Shown here: piece after piece, positions 48,335-59,232 of the stretch | Layout: each line of letters starts with the position of its first letter | How positions within the stretch are numbered: the first letter of the stretch is position 1 | Source of the DNA: Deltaproteobacteria bacterium | GTDB lineage: Bacteria; Desulfobacterota; Desulfomonilia; UBA1062 | Reading direction: 5' to 3' | Length of the DNA stretch: 64,000 nucleotides | Assembly: GCA_018433775.1 (NCBI GenBank) | Contig: JAHDQN010000040.1 | Location: 20,587-84,586 of the forward strand | Program-made: the position numbers and the translations under genes | The notes under the pieces: generated by a model | The model's input: the letters and a program-made list of their open reading frames with translations, nothing else | Told to the model about the DNA's origin: nothing | Database searches by the model: none

Positions 48335-48865
48335 ATGGCGCCTGAAAAAGGGAGAATCCTTCTCCATACCTGCTGCGGACCGTGCGCCACCACCTGCGTG
48401 GAGCGCCTCGTTCCGGATTACGAGGTCATCCTGTTCTTCAGCAACTCGAACATCGCGCCCGAGGCCGAGTATCTCAAGCGCCTGGAGCACGCCGGAAGGC
48501 TCGCGCAGATCCTGGGCATCGCTATCAGGGAGGACGTTTACGATCACCGGGCATGGCTCGAGCACATCAGGGGGCTCGAAGACGAGCCCGAGAGAGGAAA
48601 GAGGTGCGAGAAATGCTTCGCGTTCAGCCTGGCGAGGACCGCGGCCATGGCCGGTGATCTCCGGATTCCGGCCTTCACCACGAGCCTGAGCGTGAGCCGC
48701 TACAAATCCTCGCCCACCATCTTCTCCCTGGGCAGGGCGTATCAGGCGTTCGAGGCGATAGACTTCAAGAAGAGAAACGGCTATGCCCGGAGCATCGAGC
48801 TGAGCCGGCAGTACGGCCTCTACCGGCAGACCTACTGCGGATGCGAATTCAGCATGAGGCCCTGA
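48335..48865 (+). CDS. queH: Epoxyqueuosine reductase QueH (DUF208)
   Basis: 176 aa: ILLHTCCGPCATTCVE...KRCEKCF...YRQTYCGCEFS. Confidence 0.85.
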   Translation: MAPEKGRILLHTCCGPCATTCVERLVPDYEVILFFSNSNIAPEAEYLKRLEHAGRLAQILGIAIREDVYDHRAWLEHIRGLEDEPERGKRCEKCFAFSLARTAAMAGDLRIPAFTTSLSVSRYKSSPTIFSLGRAYQAFEAIDFKKRNGYARSIELSRQYGLYRQTYCGCEFSMRP

Positions 48866-48979
48866 TCCAGCGCACCCCTTACGGGTGCGGGGGTCCTTGA
48901 AGCATGCGCATCCCTCCGCAGCTTCGGAAAGGAGCCGTCTTATCATCAATAGCCAAGAAGGGAGATTCAAGTCTCCGGG

Positions 48980-49351
48980 CTATTCCGCTTCCGCCTTTTT
49001 CTTTGCCTCTTTCTTCACCGGCTGCTCCCCGCCCTCTTCCTTCTTCTTTTTCTTCTTGGGCTTGGCCTCCACTACGGGCGCGGCCTCTTTCTTGCCCTTT
49101 TCCTTCTGAGGCGCGGCCTTTTTCTCTTCCCTGAGTCTGGCCATGTCGAGGAGCTTCTTCTCGTTCGCATCGATCGCGGCGAGCCTGATGTTGGTATCGT
49201 TGATCTTCGCCTTGAGCTTCTTTACCACCGAATCCTTTTCGATCAGCTTCCCGTCGATCCCCATCTCGGCCAGCACGGCCTTGCGCCGGCCCAGTTTCTC
49301 AATCCAGTACGCCTTCTGCGACTCACGTACGCTCCGAAGCTTTGAAGCCAT
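48980..49351 (-). CDS. Hypothetical lysine-rich protein (helical N-terminus, KKKKKK-rich tail)
   Basis: 123 aa with a strong AAAGGAGAA RBS. The C-terminus is KKAAPQKEKGKKEAAPVVEAKPKKKKKKEEGGEQPVKKEAKKKAEAE. Confidence 0.6.
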   Translation of the reverse strand: MASKLRSVRESQKAYWIEKLGRRKAVLAEMGIDGKLIEKDSVVKKLKAKINDTNIRLAAIDANEKKLLDMARLREEKKAAPQKEKGKKEAAPVVEAKPKKKKKKEEGGEQPVKKEAKKKAEAE

Positions 49352-49523
49352 ATGTTCTCCTTTCGCTCTGGATACTCTCGATCATGAAATCGCCCTGCCG
49401 GACTTATGGTCCATAAGCTGCTCCGACAAGGGTGTTTTCCTCTAGCACAGTTTTTTTCGGATTTCCAGCCCGTAAGATCTCGGAAAAGATGGTACGCTTC
49501 GCCTGATATATCAAAAGCTTCTC

Positions 49524-50414
49524 TTACCGGTGTACATCAGGCCCGTTTGAGAGCGAGCCGAACCGGATGGAGACCGCGGCCTCATGGTCGAAGGGCGGGG
49601 CCAGGAGCGACAGCGCCTGTTGCCGGCTGTCGCAGGACTCCACGATGCCGAGCGAGAGCACGAAACCCTCCCGGTCGCACGCCGCTGCGAGCAGGCCCTC
49701 ATGCACGCCGTGACCGCCGTGGGCCGGGACAGCCCCATGCATCCCTCTGCCCTCCATGCTCACCTTCTGGAGACGAGCCCCTTTGAAGTAGGCTCCGAAC
49801 ATCCGGTGCCGGTATTCCCTCCGCTGGATCATGCCGCGGGACCTGACCTCGGGAGAGACAGGCATGCGCAGGATCGAGATCCCGGGATGCCCGGAAAATC
49901 CGGCGAGCAGGCCCTCAAGCTCGTATTCACGCTGGAAGGCGACCAGGAAACCAGGCTGCAGCAGGTCGATGACGTGAAACTGGAATTCCCGGGCGGCATC
50001 CGGAAGCACGAATCCCGAGGAGTCGAGCACCAGGACCTCGAATCCGAGCTTGCGCGCCTTTTCCACGAGTTTTTTAGTCCCGCTCAGACAGGGCAGCAGA
50101 TGCCCCCGGGGAGAGGTCGACCCGATGAAGTACCGGGTAGGCGCGCCATCAGGCTCTCCGGGTCCGCTCGTCTCCTGCATTCCAATGGTGGTGGGCGGGC
50201 CGATGGACGATTGTCCGGGATCACAGTCGATATACGCAACCCTCGTCCGGCTGCTCAGACGCAGGGCCAGGGAGCGGCAGAAGGTGGTCTTGCCCCGGTT
50301 GCCGGCCCCGACGACATACACCATCCGCTCGCCGCGCGCATCGCGTACCACGGAGGCGAGCTCTTCCCACGGCCCCTCCATGCCGGGCAAAAGCGGTTCG
50401 TTCATAAGGTACAT
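49524..50414 (-). CDS. Clp1/Grc3-family P-loop polynucleotide 5'-kinase-like protein
   Basis: 296 aa. RMVYVVGAGNRGKTTFCRSLALRL...AYIDCDPGQSSIGPPTTIG matches the Clp1 pattern V-G-x4-GK[ST]T-x-CR...D-x-GQ. An alternative start is the ATG at 50405. Confidence 0.6.
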   Translation of the reverse strand: MYLMNEPLLPGMEGPWEELASVVRDARGERMVYVVGAGNRGKTTFCRSLALRLSSRTRVAYIDCDPGQSSIGPPTTIGMQETSGPGEPDGAPTRYFIGSTSPRGHLLPCLSGTKKLVEKARKLGFEVLVLDSSGFVLPDAAREFQFHVIDLLQPGFLVAFQREYELEGLLAGFSGHPGISILRMPVSPEVRSRGMIQRREYRHRMFGAYFKGARLQKVSMEGRGMHGAVPAHGGHGVHEGLLAAACDREGFVLSLGIVESCDSRQQALSLLAPPFDHEAAVSIRFGSLSNGPDVHR

Positions 50415-50794
50415 GATCTTTCTTCCGGACGCTCATCTCAAACAGCCCGCTGTATACTTCCCTCATTTCAAGCGCCGGCCCGGCTTTTAGTGACCCGGCT
50501 CTCCCTGCAGCCCGCGGTTCGTTCGTCCGATGTGCGGCCGCCACGGTCTTATTCCATCATGAGCTTCATGTCTCGCCCGCTCCCCGTATCAGGGGGGCAC
50601 CCTGGGTCCGGGTTTCGGATCAGCACTCAGGAGAACCGCCGGAGAGGTGCGCGCACTTCCGTGTTCCGCTCCTTGAATCCGGCCCTGCGGGCCGTACTAT
50701 GTCATTGAGAAACGATCGCTTTGCTCCGGGGATCGGCCCCCTCTGATTTTCAGGGGCTCGGCCCCGGTGGAACCTAAGGAAAGGAGGTGTCTGC

Positions 50795-51406
50795 ATGAGG
50801 GTGCTGGTATTGTTTTATTCATCCTACGGTCATATCTACCGAATGGCAGAGGCCGAGGCCGAAGGCGCGCGACAGGTGAGCGGGGCCGAGGTGGATATCA
50901 GGCGCGTTCCCGAGACGCTCTCGGACGAGATCCTGGCCAAGATGGGGGCCGCGGAGGCCCAGAAGAAGTTCGCCCACATTCCCGTGGCACACGTGAGCGA
51001 TCTGGCCGAGTACGAGGCCATCATATTCGGCACCCCAACCAGGTATGGAAACATGGTCGGCCAGATGCGCCAGTTTCTCGATGCCGCAGGGTCGCTGTGG
51101 GCCGGGGACAAACTGGTGGGAAAAGTGGGGAGCGTGTTCACGAGCAGCGGAACGCAGCACGGCGGCCAGGAGTCGACCATTCTCACCTTTCACGTCAACC
51201 TCCTCCACTTCGGCATGATCCTGGTGGGGCTTCCTTACAGCTTCAAGGGGCAGACGACCCTCGACGGGATCACAGGCTGTTCTCCCTACGGGGCATCGAC
51301 CATTGCCGGCTCCAGCGGCGAGCGGTGGCCGAGCGAGACAGAGCTCGAGGGTGCGCGCTTCCAGGGAAGGATGGTGGCCGAGACCGCGAAGAAGCTCTTT
51401 GCCTGA
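50795..51406 (+). CDS. wrbA: NAD(P)H:quinone oxidoreductase, WrbA type (flavodoxin-like)
   Basis: 203 aa: [20 protein letters not shown]...[12 protein letters not shown]...[17 protein letters not shown]. Confidence 0.88.
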   Translation: MRVLVLFYSSYGHIYRMAEAEAEGARQVSGAEVDIRRVPETLSDEILAKMGAAEAQKKFAHIPVAHVSDLAEYEAIIFGTPTRYGNMVGQMRQFLDAAGSLWAGDKLVGKVGSVFTSSGTQHGGQESTILTFHVNLLHFGMILVGLPYSFKGQTTLDGITGCSPYGASTIAGSSGERWPSETELEGARFQGRMVAETAKKLFA

Positions 51407-51446
51407 CCTCTCTCCCGGCTGGAGGAACTTCGTATCGAGCGGGCGA

Positions 51447-52448
51447 TCAGGTGCGGATGCGCTTTTTGAGCTCTCTGATCAGGGTGGTGCAGACCTGGCC
51501 CGCGTCGGCTACGATGGCCACGTCGGCCATCTTCATCATGGCGGCGTTGGGGTTCTTGTTGACCGCGATGATGAACCCGGCGTTCTTGATCCCCGCCGTG
51601 TGCTGGATGGCGCCCGAGACGCCGAACGAGAAGAGCACCTTGGGGCTGATATGCCTGTCCGCCTGGCCAACCAGGGCGTCCTCGTCCGCCCATTTGGCAT
51701 AGACGACGGGCCTCGTGGCGCCCACCTCGCCGCCCAGCACCCGGGCCAGCTCAAAGAGGTTTTTGAACCTGGTCTTGCTGCCCATGCCCCGTCCCCCGCA
51801 CACCACCACCGGTGCCTCGCCGAGCTTCTGCTCCCGGGAGACCTGCCGCTCGGAGCTGATGAGCCTGATCCTGTCCCTGGGGAGGTCTCCGGGCAGGGGC
51901 ACGTTCACGATTTCTCCGGTTGCCTGGTAGTTATGGGGTATCTCCTGGAACACGCCCGGCCGCACGGTCGCCATCTGTGGCCGTTTCTCCGGGGTGACGA
52001 TCCTGGTGAGGAGGTTCCCGCCGAAGGCGGGAGCGGTCTGCACCAGCAGGCCCGCATCGTCGACGTCCAGACCCACGCAGTCGGCGGTGAGCCCGGTCTT
52101 GAGGCGCTTCGCCAGGCGGGGGGTGAATTCCCTGCCGAACGAGGTGGCGCCCACCAGGATGATCTCCGGGCCATACTGCCGCACGATCCGCTCCATCAGC
52201 GCCACGTAGATATCCGTGCTGTAAAACTTCAGCCCGGGGTTGTCGCAGACATAGACCCTCGCGGCCCCGTGCGCGATGTACTCGCCGACCCACTCGTCCA
52301 CCTCGTGGCCGAACACAGTGGCGCACACCTCGGCGCCGATCTTCTTCGCCAGGTCGGTTGCCCGCGAGAGAAGCTGCAGGGTCACCCGGTTCTGGAAATA
52401 GTTGCGGTAGTCGCCGAACACCCAGATGCTGCGTTTTCTCTGAGCCAT
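51447..52448 (-). CDS. etfA: Electron transfer flavoprotein alpha subunit
   Basis: 333 aa: VVVCGGRGMGS...GATRPVVYAKW...VGQADRHISPKVLFSFGVSGAIQHTAG. Confidence 0.9.
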   Translation of the reverse strand: MAQRKRSIWVFGDYRNYFQNRVTLQLLSRATDLAKKIGAEVCATVFGHEVDEWVGEYIAHGAARVYVCDNPGLKFYSTDIYVALMERIVRQYGPEIILVGATSFGREFTPRLAKRLKTGLTADCVGLDVDDAGLLVQTAPAFGGNLLTRIVTPEKRPQMATVRPGVFQEIPHNYQATGEIVNVPLPGDLPRDRIRLISSERQVSREQKLGEAPVVVCGGRGMGSKTRFKNLFELARVLGGEVGATRPVVYAKWADEDALVGQADRHISPKVLFSFGVSGAIQHTAGIKNAGFIIAVNKNPNAAMMKMADVAIVADAGQVCTTLIRELKKRIRT

Positions 52449-52451
52449 GGG

Positions 52452-53273
52452 TTATTTCACCGCCTTGAGGTCTTTGCGGATCAGGCTCCCGATCGTGTCG
52501 TCGAACCGGTCGAGAAGCTCTTCCACAATCTTCTTGGGCGCCCCTTTGAGCACGATGTTTTCCTTTTTCGCAACGGGCGAGAAGATGTCCATGATCCGCG
52601 TGGCCGATCCCTGCAGGCCTACGGCATCTTCACCCAGGCCCAGATCTCGGGCCCCCACGGTCAGGATGCCGGGCTCCCTGAACGCATCGTGCAGGCCGGC
52701 CATCGAGGCATAGCGCGGCGTGAAGAAGCCGGTGGCCACGGTGACGAGCCCGGGCAGATCCATCTCCAGGGTCTCGAGAAAGTTGTCCGACACCCGTTTG
52801 ATCCGCAGGGCGTTCCCGCGGAGGTCGAGGTCTTCGACCGCGGCGATCGACGGGATGTCCAGCTCCTCGGCAAGCTGGGGCCCCACCTGGGCGGTCTCGC
52901 TGTCGGATGTGTGGCACCCGCAGAGGATCAGGTCGAAGTCGGGGCAGAAGATCTCGATTGCCCGAGCAAGGGTGAACGAGGTGGCCAGGGTGTCCGCGCC
53001 CGCCATCTTCGGGTCAGAGACCATGAGGCAGCGGTCCGCGCCCAGGGCGATGGCCTCCCTGAGGATCTCCTCCGCCATGGGCGGCCCCATGGTCATGGCC
53101 GTGATCTGCCCGCCGCAAAGCTCCTTGAGCATCAGCGCCGCTTCCAGCGCATGCTTGCAGGCGGGGTTCATCATGCCCTCGGCCGCGTCCCTGGTGAGGG
53201 TGCCGGTCACCGGGTCCCACGGAAGGTCGCTCACCATGGGCACCTGCTTCATGCATACGATCATCTTGAGCAT
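52452..53273 (-). CDS. etfB: Electron transfer flavoprotein beta subunit
   Basis: 273 aa from the ATG at 53273 (AGAGGG RBS 8 nt upstream): MLKMIVCMKQVPMVSDL...LILCGCHTSDSETAQVGPQLAE. The track's 500-aa form is an upstream extension overlapping acd. Confidence 0.88.
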   Translation of the reverse strand: MLKMIVCMKQVPMVSDLPWDPVTGTLTRDAAEGMMNPACKHALEAALMLKELCGGQITAMTMGPPMAEEILREAIALGADRCLMVSDPKMAGADTLATSFTLARAIEIFCPDFDLILCGCHTSDSETAQVGPQLAEELDIPSIAAVEDLDLRGNALRIKRVSDNFLETLEMDLPGLVTVATGFFTPRYASMAGLHDAFREPGILTVGARDLGLGEDAVGLQGSATRIMDIFSPVAKKENIVLKGAPKKIVEELLDRFDDTIGSLIRKDLKAVK

Positions 53274-53287
53274 CGTCATCACCCTCT

Positions 53288-54439
53288 TTACACCGGCTCG
53301 GCCAGGATGGCCCGGGATATCACCATGCGCTGGATCTCGCTCGTTCCCTCGTAGATCTCGGTCACCTTGGCGTCGCGGAAGTAGCGCTCCACGTCGTATT
53401 CCTTGCTGTATCCGTAACCGCCGTGGATCTGTACGGCCTTTCCGGTGACCCTCGATGCAGTGGCGCTGGCATAGAGCTTGGCCATGGAGGCCTCCTTGCC
53501 GAAGGGCCTGCCGCTGTCCTTGCATGCGCTGGCACGATATACCAGCAGGCGGGCCGCATCGATCTCGGTGGCCATGTCCGCGAGCATGTTCTGGATGGAC
53601 TGGAACGACGATATGGGCTTCTTGAACTGCTGCCGCTCCCGGGAGTACTTGACCGAGGCTTCGTAGGCCGCCTGGGCGATCCCCACGGCCTGGGCCCCGA
53701 TCCCGATCCTGCCGGTGTCGAGCGCGTCGAGCCCGATCTTCAGGCCGTCGCCTTCGCGGCCGAGCAGGTTCTCCCTTCCGGCCCGGCAGTCCTCGAAGAA
53801 CAGCGATGACACGGGGTTCGCCCGCATGCCGCACAGGTCTTCGATCTCGCCGACGGAGAATCCGGGCATCCCCTTCTCCATGATGAATACGCTCGCGTTC
53901 CGGCCCGGTTTGGCCTGCGGGTCGGTGATGGCGAAGATGAGCGGCAGGCTGCACACCCCGCCGTTGGTCACGAAGATCTTGGTGCCGTTGATCACGTAGT
54001 GCCCGTTGTCAAAGACCGCGTGGGTCTCAACGCCGCCCGCGTCGGAGCCCGCATTGGCCTCGGTGAGGCAGAACGCGCCGATGCACTCCCCGCCCGCGAG
54101 CCTGGGCACGAAGCGCTCCTTCTGCTCTGGTGTGCCGTACTTGAGGATCGGCGATATCCCCACACTGTTGTGGACCGTGAGGCACAGCCCCAATGAGCCG
54201 CTCACCCGGGAGATCTCCTCGATGGCGATCGCATAGCTGATGCTGTCGATCCCGGCACCGCCGTACTCTTTCGGCACCTGGAGCCCGAAAAAGTTCAGGG
54301 GGCGCATCTTCTCGACGACCTCCAGGGGGAACCGGGCCTCCTGGTCGATCTCGTGGGCGATGGGCCCGAGCTCGGCCTCCGCGAACTCCCGCACGCTCTT
54401 GCGGACGAGCTTATGCTTCATGCATGCATCGAATTCCAC
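53288..54439 (-). CDS. Acyl-CoA dehydrogenase (butyryl-CoA dehydrogenase-like)
   Basis: Motifs are CLTEANAGSDAGG and QIHGGYGYSKEYDVERYFRDAKVTEIYEGTSEIQ. I propose the GTG start at 54439, giving MEFDACMKHKLVRKSVREFAE, which aligns with the usual MDFxLTEEQxMIRDxVREFA N-terminus. An alternative is the ATG at 54421. Confidence 0.88.
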   Translation of the reverse strand: MEFDACMKHKLVRKSVREFAEAELGPIAHEIDQEARFPLEVVEKMRPLNFFGLQVPKEYGGAGIDSISYAIAIEEISRVSGSLGLCLTVHNSVGISPILKYGTPEQKERFVPRLAGGECIGAFCLTEANAGSDAGGVETHAVFDNGHYVINGTKIFVTNGGVCSLPLIFAITDPQAKPGRNASVFIMEKGMPGFSVGEIEDLCGMRANPVSSLFFEDCRAGRENLLGREGDGLKIGLDALDTGRIGIGAQAVGIAQAAYEASVKYSRERQQFKKPISSFQSIQNMLADMATEIDAARLLVYRASACKDSGRPFGKEASMAKLYASATASRVTGKAVQIHGGYGYSKEYDVERYFRDAKVTEIYEGTSEIQRMVISRAILAEPV

Positions 54440-54647
54440 AGCAGTTGCCGCTCCTTTGTCATGAACCGTTTCTCGTGTGGTCCGGAGCAGCACCATAACC
54501 CAATTCACCGGAAAGATCAATGGCATGCAATACCCGGTCCGGGCTTAAAAAATGTGTGCGCAGGGCCTTGAATATTCCTGCTTGAGATCCTAGGTAAACG
54601 AATGATATCCATACATATTCAAAACCGACACTCAAGATGGAGGAACC

Positions 54648-56612
54648 ATGGAGCACAAGAAGGAAACCCGCCAGTTCAAGACCGAGGTGCAGCAGCTGAT
54701 GAAGCTCATCATCAACTCGCTCTATTCGCATCCCGAAATCTTTCTGCGGGAGCTGATATCCAACGCCTCGGACGCCATTGACAAGGTCAGGTTCAAGGCC
54801 CAGACCGACCCGGACATCCTCGGGCAGGACGCCGAGCTCAGGATCAGGATCATACCGGGCAAGGAGAACCGCACCATCACCGTGGAGGACAACGGCATCG
54901 GCATGACCTATGACGAGGTGGTGGAGAACATCGGGACCATCGCGCAGAGCGGCACAAAGGCCTTTCTCGACGCCATGGAAAAGGCGAAGAACAAAGAAAG
55001 CCTTCTGCCCGAGCTCATCGGCCAGTTCGGGGTCGGATTCTACAGCGCCTTTATCGTGGCCGAGAAGGTCACGCTCATCACCCGGGCCGCGGGACAGGAC
55101 AAGGCGGTCAGGTGGGAATCTTCGGGAGACGGTTCCTACACCATCGAGGAGACGGACAGGGGGCCGCGCGGCACCAGCGTGATCCTCACGCTCAAACCCC
55201 GCGGCGACGACGAGCCCGACTACACAGACGAGTGGACCATCAGGGGCATCGTGAAGCGCCACTCCGACTTCGTGAGCTATCCCATCGTCATGGACGTCGA
55301 GCGCCGGGAGCCGATCCCGGAGGGCGAGCTCATCAGGGACAAGGAAGGGAATCCCGTGGGCTCCACCACCCGCACCGTGGCGAAGGAAGAGACGCTCAAC
55401 TCCATGAAGGCCATCTGGACCAGGAACAAGTCAGAGGTCGCCGAGGAGGAATACACCGAGTTCTACAAGCACATCAGCCACGACTGGGAGCCCCCCCTTG
55501 CGCATCTCCACATCCGGTTCGAAGGCACCACCGAGTACCAGGCCCTGCTGTACATCCCCTCCCATCTGCCCTTGGACTTCACCCTGAGGGAGCGCAGGCA
55601 CGGCATCCACCTCTACAGCAAGCGGGTCTTCATCATGGACGACTGCCGCGAACTCATGCCCGAATATCTCGGGTTTGTCCACGGCGTGGTGGACGCCCCG
55701 GACCTGAACCTCAACATCAGCCGCGAGATCCTGCAGCAGGATTCTCTGGTGAGGAACATCCGCAAAAACCTTCTCAAGCGAATCTTCGACCTGCTCGAAA
55801 ACATGGAGCCCGAAAAGTACGAACAGTTCTTCTCCGAGTTCGGCGCCATCCTGAAGATCGGCGTCCCCACGGACCACGAAAACCGGGAGCGGATCGCGAA
55901 GCTGCTCAGGTACCGCACCACCAGATCCGAGGGAAAGTTCGTGTCGCTCAAAGACTACGTGGAGCGGATGCAGCCGGACCAGGACGAGATCTACTACATC
56001 ACGGGCGACAACTTCGCCGCCCTTGCCAACAGCCCTCACCTGGAGCGTCTCAAGGAAAAGGATCTGGAGGTGGTGCTCATGACCGACCCCATCGACGAGT
56101 GGGTGGTCCAGCACCTGGGGCAGTTCGATGACAAGAAGTTTACCAGCGCGGAAAAGGGCGATCTGGGCCTGGACAAGCCGGACGACAAAAAAACAGGCGA
56201 GTTCGGCGATTTCTTCGCCTTTCTCAAGGACGAGCTCATGGACCTGGTCAAGGAGGTCAAGCCCTCGACCCACCTGAAGGACTCGCTCTCGTGCCTTTCC
56301 GGCGAGGCGTACGACATGAGCGCCTACATGGAGAAGATCCTTAAGGCCTCGGGCCAGAAGACCGAGCCCGTGAAACGGGTGCTCGAGCTCAACATCGACC
56401 ATCCGGCCATCGCGAACGTCAAGTACGTGTTCGAGAAGGACCGGACCGACCCGGCTCTCAAGGATTATGCCCGGCTCCTCTATGACCTGGCCGTGGTCGC
56501 CGAGGGGGGCAAGGTGGAGGACCCCTCGCGCTTTTCCCGGACCGTGGGCCTGCTCATGGCAGAGGCCATCACCGCGGAAGAGCTCATGGCAGGGGACGCG
56601 ATCGAGGTGTGA
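54648..56612 (+). CDS. htpG: Molecular chaperone HtpG (Hsp90)
   Basis: 654 aa: [37 protein letters not shown]...[12 protein letters not shown]. Confidence 0.96.
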   Translation: MEHKKETRQFKTEVQQLMKLIINSLYSHPEIFLRELISNASDAIDKVRFKAQTDPDILGQDAELRIRIIPGKENRTITVEDNGIGMTYDEVVENIGTIAQSGTKAFLDAMEKAKNKESLLPELIGQFGVGFYSAFIVAEKVTLITRAAGQDKAVRWESSGDGSYTIEETDRGPRGTSVILTLKPRGDDEPDYTDEWTIRGIVKRHSDFVSYPIVMDVERREPIPEGELIRDKEGNPVGSTTRTVAKEETLNSMKAIWTRNKSEVAEEEYTEFYKHISHDWEPPLAHLHIRFEGTTEYQALLYIPSHLPLDFTLRERRHGIHLYSKRVFIMDDCRELMPEYLGFVHGVVDAPDLNLNISREILQQDSLVRNIRKNLLKRIFDLLENMEPEKYEQFFSEFGAILKIGVPTDHENRERIAKLLRYRTTRSEGKFVSLKDYVERMQPDQDEIYYITGDNFAALANSPHLERLKEKDLEVVLMTDPIDEWVVQHLGQFDDKKFTSAEKGDLGLDKPDDKKTGEFGDFFAFLKDELMDLVKEVKPSTHLKDSLSCLSGEAYDMSAYMEKILKASGQKTEPVKRVLELNIDHPAIANVKYVFEKDRTDPALKDYARLLYDLAVVAEGGKVEDPSRFSRTVGLLMAEAITAEELMAGDAIEV

Positions 56613-56629
56613 GAAGGAAATAAAAAACA

Positions 56630-56661
56630 GGGGACCCTGCTCAGAGCAGGGTCCCCCTTTT
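56630..56661. terminator. Bidirectional rho-independent terminator
   Basis: A perfect 12-bp stem, GGGGACCCTGCT-CAG-AGCAGGGTCCCC, is followed by CTTTT on the plus strand and preceded by AAAAAA (a T-run on the minus strand). It sits between convergent htpG and the 56690-57706 gene. Confidence 0.85.
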
Positions 56662-56689
56662 CCATTTCAGATGAAACTGTCTTTTTACC

Positions 56690-57706
56690 CTATTCCACCC
56701 AGTCGACATCGGACAGCTGGGTAGGATAACTGTTCAAGAAGCCAAGGCAGAGATCGTTTGTTTCGTCAATGAACGCCAATGCCCCCTCTTCGTAATCCGG
56801 CATATCCGCGGAAAGGATCGGCACTACCTCTTCAGGGGTAGCACTCTCGATGTTGTCCAGGGTGGTGACAATATAATAATCTTGCGGGACACCTCCATCT
56901 GCAATAATAGCCCTGAATGCCATATCGCTGTCCACTTCGCCTCCTGCCAGAATTTCCCACTGGGCATCCACGTTCATCCCGGCATCTGTAGACTGGGTGA
57001 TGGAGAACCATCCCTCATCCGGACTCCCCCTCCACTTGAATGCGCAGTGAAAATCATCCTCGCCTTCCGGCTCCGAGACTCCGGCGAACCACAAGTCCAT
57101 GATGCCGGTGCCGATGTCCTTGCATCCGTAAAAGATTCCCGCTTCCCCGCCGTCCAGCAGCACGTCCCGGACAACCACGACCTCTTTGCTGGAATTTGTC
57201 ACAAAAGCCATTTCCGTGATGTACGTTTCACCCTCCACCTCGATTTCTATGGTGACCATCCGATCCACGGAGACTTCATTTTCGAAGAAAGGCACTGTCA
57301 CCGTCCGTGCGGTTGAATCAACGGTCACGTTTAACGTGTATTCGCCGTAAGCCCTCTCATGCTCCCCATCGGAATTCCACAGATCCGACACCTCGTTGAT
57401 CATCTCGATGTATTCATCGATCTTTTCCACGGCGTAGAAAATTCCTTCCCATCCGCTGATGTCGGGGTCGTCGAACAGCTTTTGAAGGACCGTATACTGC
57501 ACAGTCGGGTTCCAGCCTCCCCATGTTGAGAGCGGTTCGGCGGCGCTCTCACCCAGAAACGGCGTGCACGCCATCACGTCCTCTCCGTAAGTGGAAAGCT
57601 GGGATACAACCGGATCATCGTCACTGCTGCTGTTGCAGCCCGAGACTGCCACTATGCCCGCAAAAAGGCAGAGCGCACAAACGCCCAATAGCTTCCTCGT
57701 GATCAT
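56690..57706 (-). CDS. Putative acidic lipoprotein of unknown function
   Basis: 338 aa. It has an AGGAGG RBS and a signal peptide with lipobox (LFAGIVAVSGCNSSSDDD). The mature part is rich in Asp/Glu. Confidence 0.7.
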   Translation of the reverse strand: MITRKLLGVCALCLFAGIVAVSGCNSSSDDDPVVSQLSTYGEDVMACTPFLGESAAEPLSTWGGWNPTVQYTVLQKLFDDPDISGWEGIFYAVEKIDEYIEMINEVSDLWNSDGEHERAYGEYTLNVTVDSTARTVTVPFFENEVSVDRMVTIEIEVEGETYITEMAFVTNSSKEVVVVRDVLLDGGEAGIFYGCKDIGTGIMDLWFAGVSEPEGEDDFHCAFKWRGSPDEGWFSITQSTDAGMNVDAQWEILAGGEVDSDMAFRAIIADGGVPQDYYIVTTLDNIESATPEEVVPILSADMPDYEEGALAFIDETNDLCLGFLNSYPTQLSDVDWVE

Positions 57707-57978
57707 TGTTTACCTCCTGTTGTTGGATTGTATCTTTCCTTCTTCGGCAATTGGGTTGAGAAACTTTCGTTATTTTACGCAATGAAATATTAATTTTAGA
57801 TTTTGTATTATTCCGGGCCTGAGGTTCACCGGCTGATGCGGGCGCTATGCCCGGCACGACAGTATGTCCGGTATGACGAAAAGGAACGAATGAGCGCATG
57901 ACAGTGGATACGAAATCATGCTTGTGATACAAGACAACCGGATTTATCAACTGACAGACAGGGGTTCTTGAGGAAGGT

Positions 57979-58416
57979 ATGAAGAAACTCATCCTGATCC
58001 TGCTCGCCGCAGCCTATGCCGCGAGCCCCTATGACCTGCTGCCGGATTTTCTCATCGGCTGGGGCTGGCTCGACGACCTGTTCGTCGGATATCTCCTGTA
58101 CCGGTATGTGCTCTTCCCGGTCGCGGGCCGATTCGCCAGGACAGAGAGCTCCGGCGGCCGGAGGCGGGAATATGCGGGCCGGGATTCAGCTGCGGGCGGT
58201 CGGCACGATTCCGGAAGCGCGCCCGGCCCCAAAGACCCCTACTCCGTGCTCGGCCTGGACCGTGGGGCGTCAAGGGACGAGATTCAGAAGGCCTACCGGG
58301 AGCTGGCGAACAAGTATCACCCGGACAAGGTCCAGCACCTGGGCGAGGAGTTCAGGATGCTGGCCGAAGAGCGTTTCAAGGAAATCCGCCAGGCATACGT
58401 CTCGCTGACGGAATGA
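57979..58416 (+). CDS. DUF1232 (YkvA-like) membrane domain fused to a J (DnaJ) domain
   Basis: 145 aa. The DUF1232 pattern is [29 protein letters not shown]. The J domain is [32 protein letters not shown]. Confidence 0.8.
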   Translation: MKKLILILLAAAYAASPYDLLPDFLIGWGWLDDLFVGYLLYRYVLFPVAGRFARTESSGGRRREYAGRDSAAGGRHDSGSAPGPKDPYSVLGLDRGASRDEIQKAYRELANKYHPDKVQHLGEEFRMLAEERFKEIRQAYVSLTE

Positions 58417-58744
58417 GCGCGGCACGCGTTCCCATCCGCATCATTCAGGGTCGAGAAGCCCCTCGGGGCGTCGCAAGGACATCGCCCTGACGGATTCTCC
58501 GGCACACTTTCCTTAGCTGTATGAAAACAAACCCTTGCAGATATCTTTCACGGATACTATAGTGCCTGGCCATGAGCAGCCCGTGTGTCCACAGATAACT
58601 CATAATGATACGCGGTCTGCGGGATATTCATTCTCAAGTATTGAATGGCACGGGACGATAGGGACCTTCAGAAAGCAATACCGATTACCCTCAGGCGAGG
58701 AGAAAGGACGTCGAAGCGCCATGGGAATTTTCCGGAGGAGTGAG

Positions 58745-59125
58745 ATGGGGATAAAGAACGGATCGAACATGGATAATATCGTGGGCCTGCTCGGCAAGGG
58801 CACCGAGTTCGAAGGCAAGCTGATTTTCGAAGGAACCTTACGGATCGACGGCAAATTCAAGGGAGAGGTGATCACCAGCGGGATCCTCGCCGTCGGCGAC
58901 GGCGCCCTGGTCCATGCCGAGATCCAGGCCGATACGATCATCGTGCGCGGAGAGGTTCACGGGAATCTCAAGGCCGCCAAACAGGTGGAGATCAAAGGCA
59001 ACGGCAGGCTTTACGGCAACATCAGCACGCCTTCCCTCATCGTGGACGAAGGGGTGGTTTTCGAGGGGAGCTGTCAGATGACCAACGCCGAGAAGACCGT
59101 CATCCCTCTGGATGTGAAGAAGTAG
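58745..59125 (+). CDS. Bactofilin
   Basis: 126 aa from the ATG at 58745 (GGAGGAG RBS 5 nt upstream; alternative ATG at 58721). The bactofilin beta-helix repeats run FEGKLIFEGTLRIDGKFKGEVITSGILAVGDGALVHAEIQADTIIVRGEVHGNLKAAKQVEIKGNGRLYGNISTPSLIVDEGVVFEG. Confidence 0.85.
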   Translation: MGIKNGSNMDNIVGLLGKGTEFEGKLIFEGTLRIDGKFKGEVITSGILAVGDGALVHAEIQADTIIVRGEVHGNLKAAKQVEIKGNGRLYGNISTPSLIVDEGVVFEGSCQMTNAEKTVIPLDVKK

Positions 59126-59232
59126 CTGCCGGTTTTCCCGCGTCTTTTCTCCATTGCCCCGCCGCATTCCTTTTCACGGGAATACCTGAAATGGACTCCA
59201 GTTACGACAGTACCGGACCCTGCCTGAAAAGA

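Noticed and set aside
51303-53354. 683-aa plus-strand ORF, plus 49584-50708, 48269-48970, 54459-55262, 55431-56402, 27406-28572, 28669-29526, 38065-39045, 14387-15778, 17342-18490, 18850-20136, 24079-25497, 45145-46299, 46404-47819, 61913-62614
   Set aside because: All are antisense to genes with clear family motifs (etfAB, Clp1-like, queH, htpG, pdxST, the sigma-54 activator, MCP, GlmS-like, carA, glnA, GOGAT, tal-pgi, glk, yerC/DUF362). None shows recognisable motifs.
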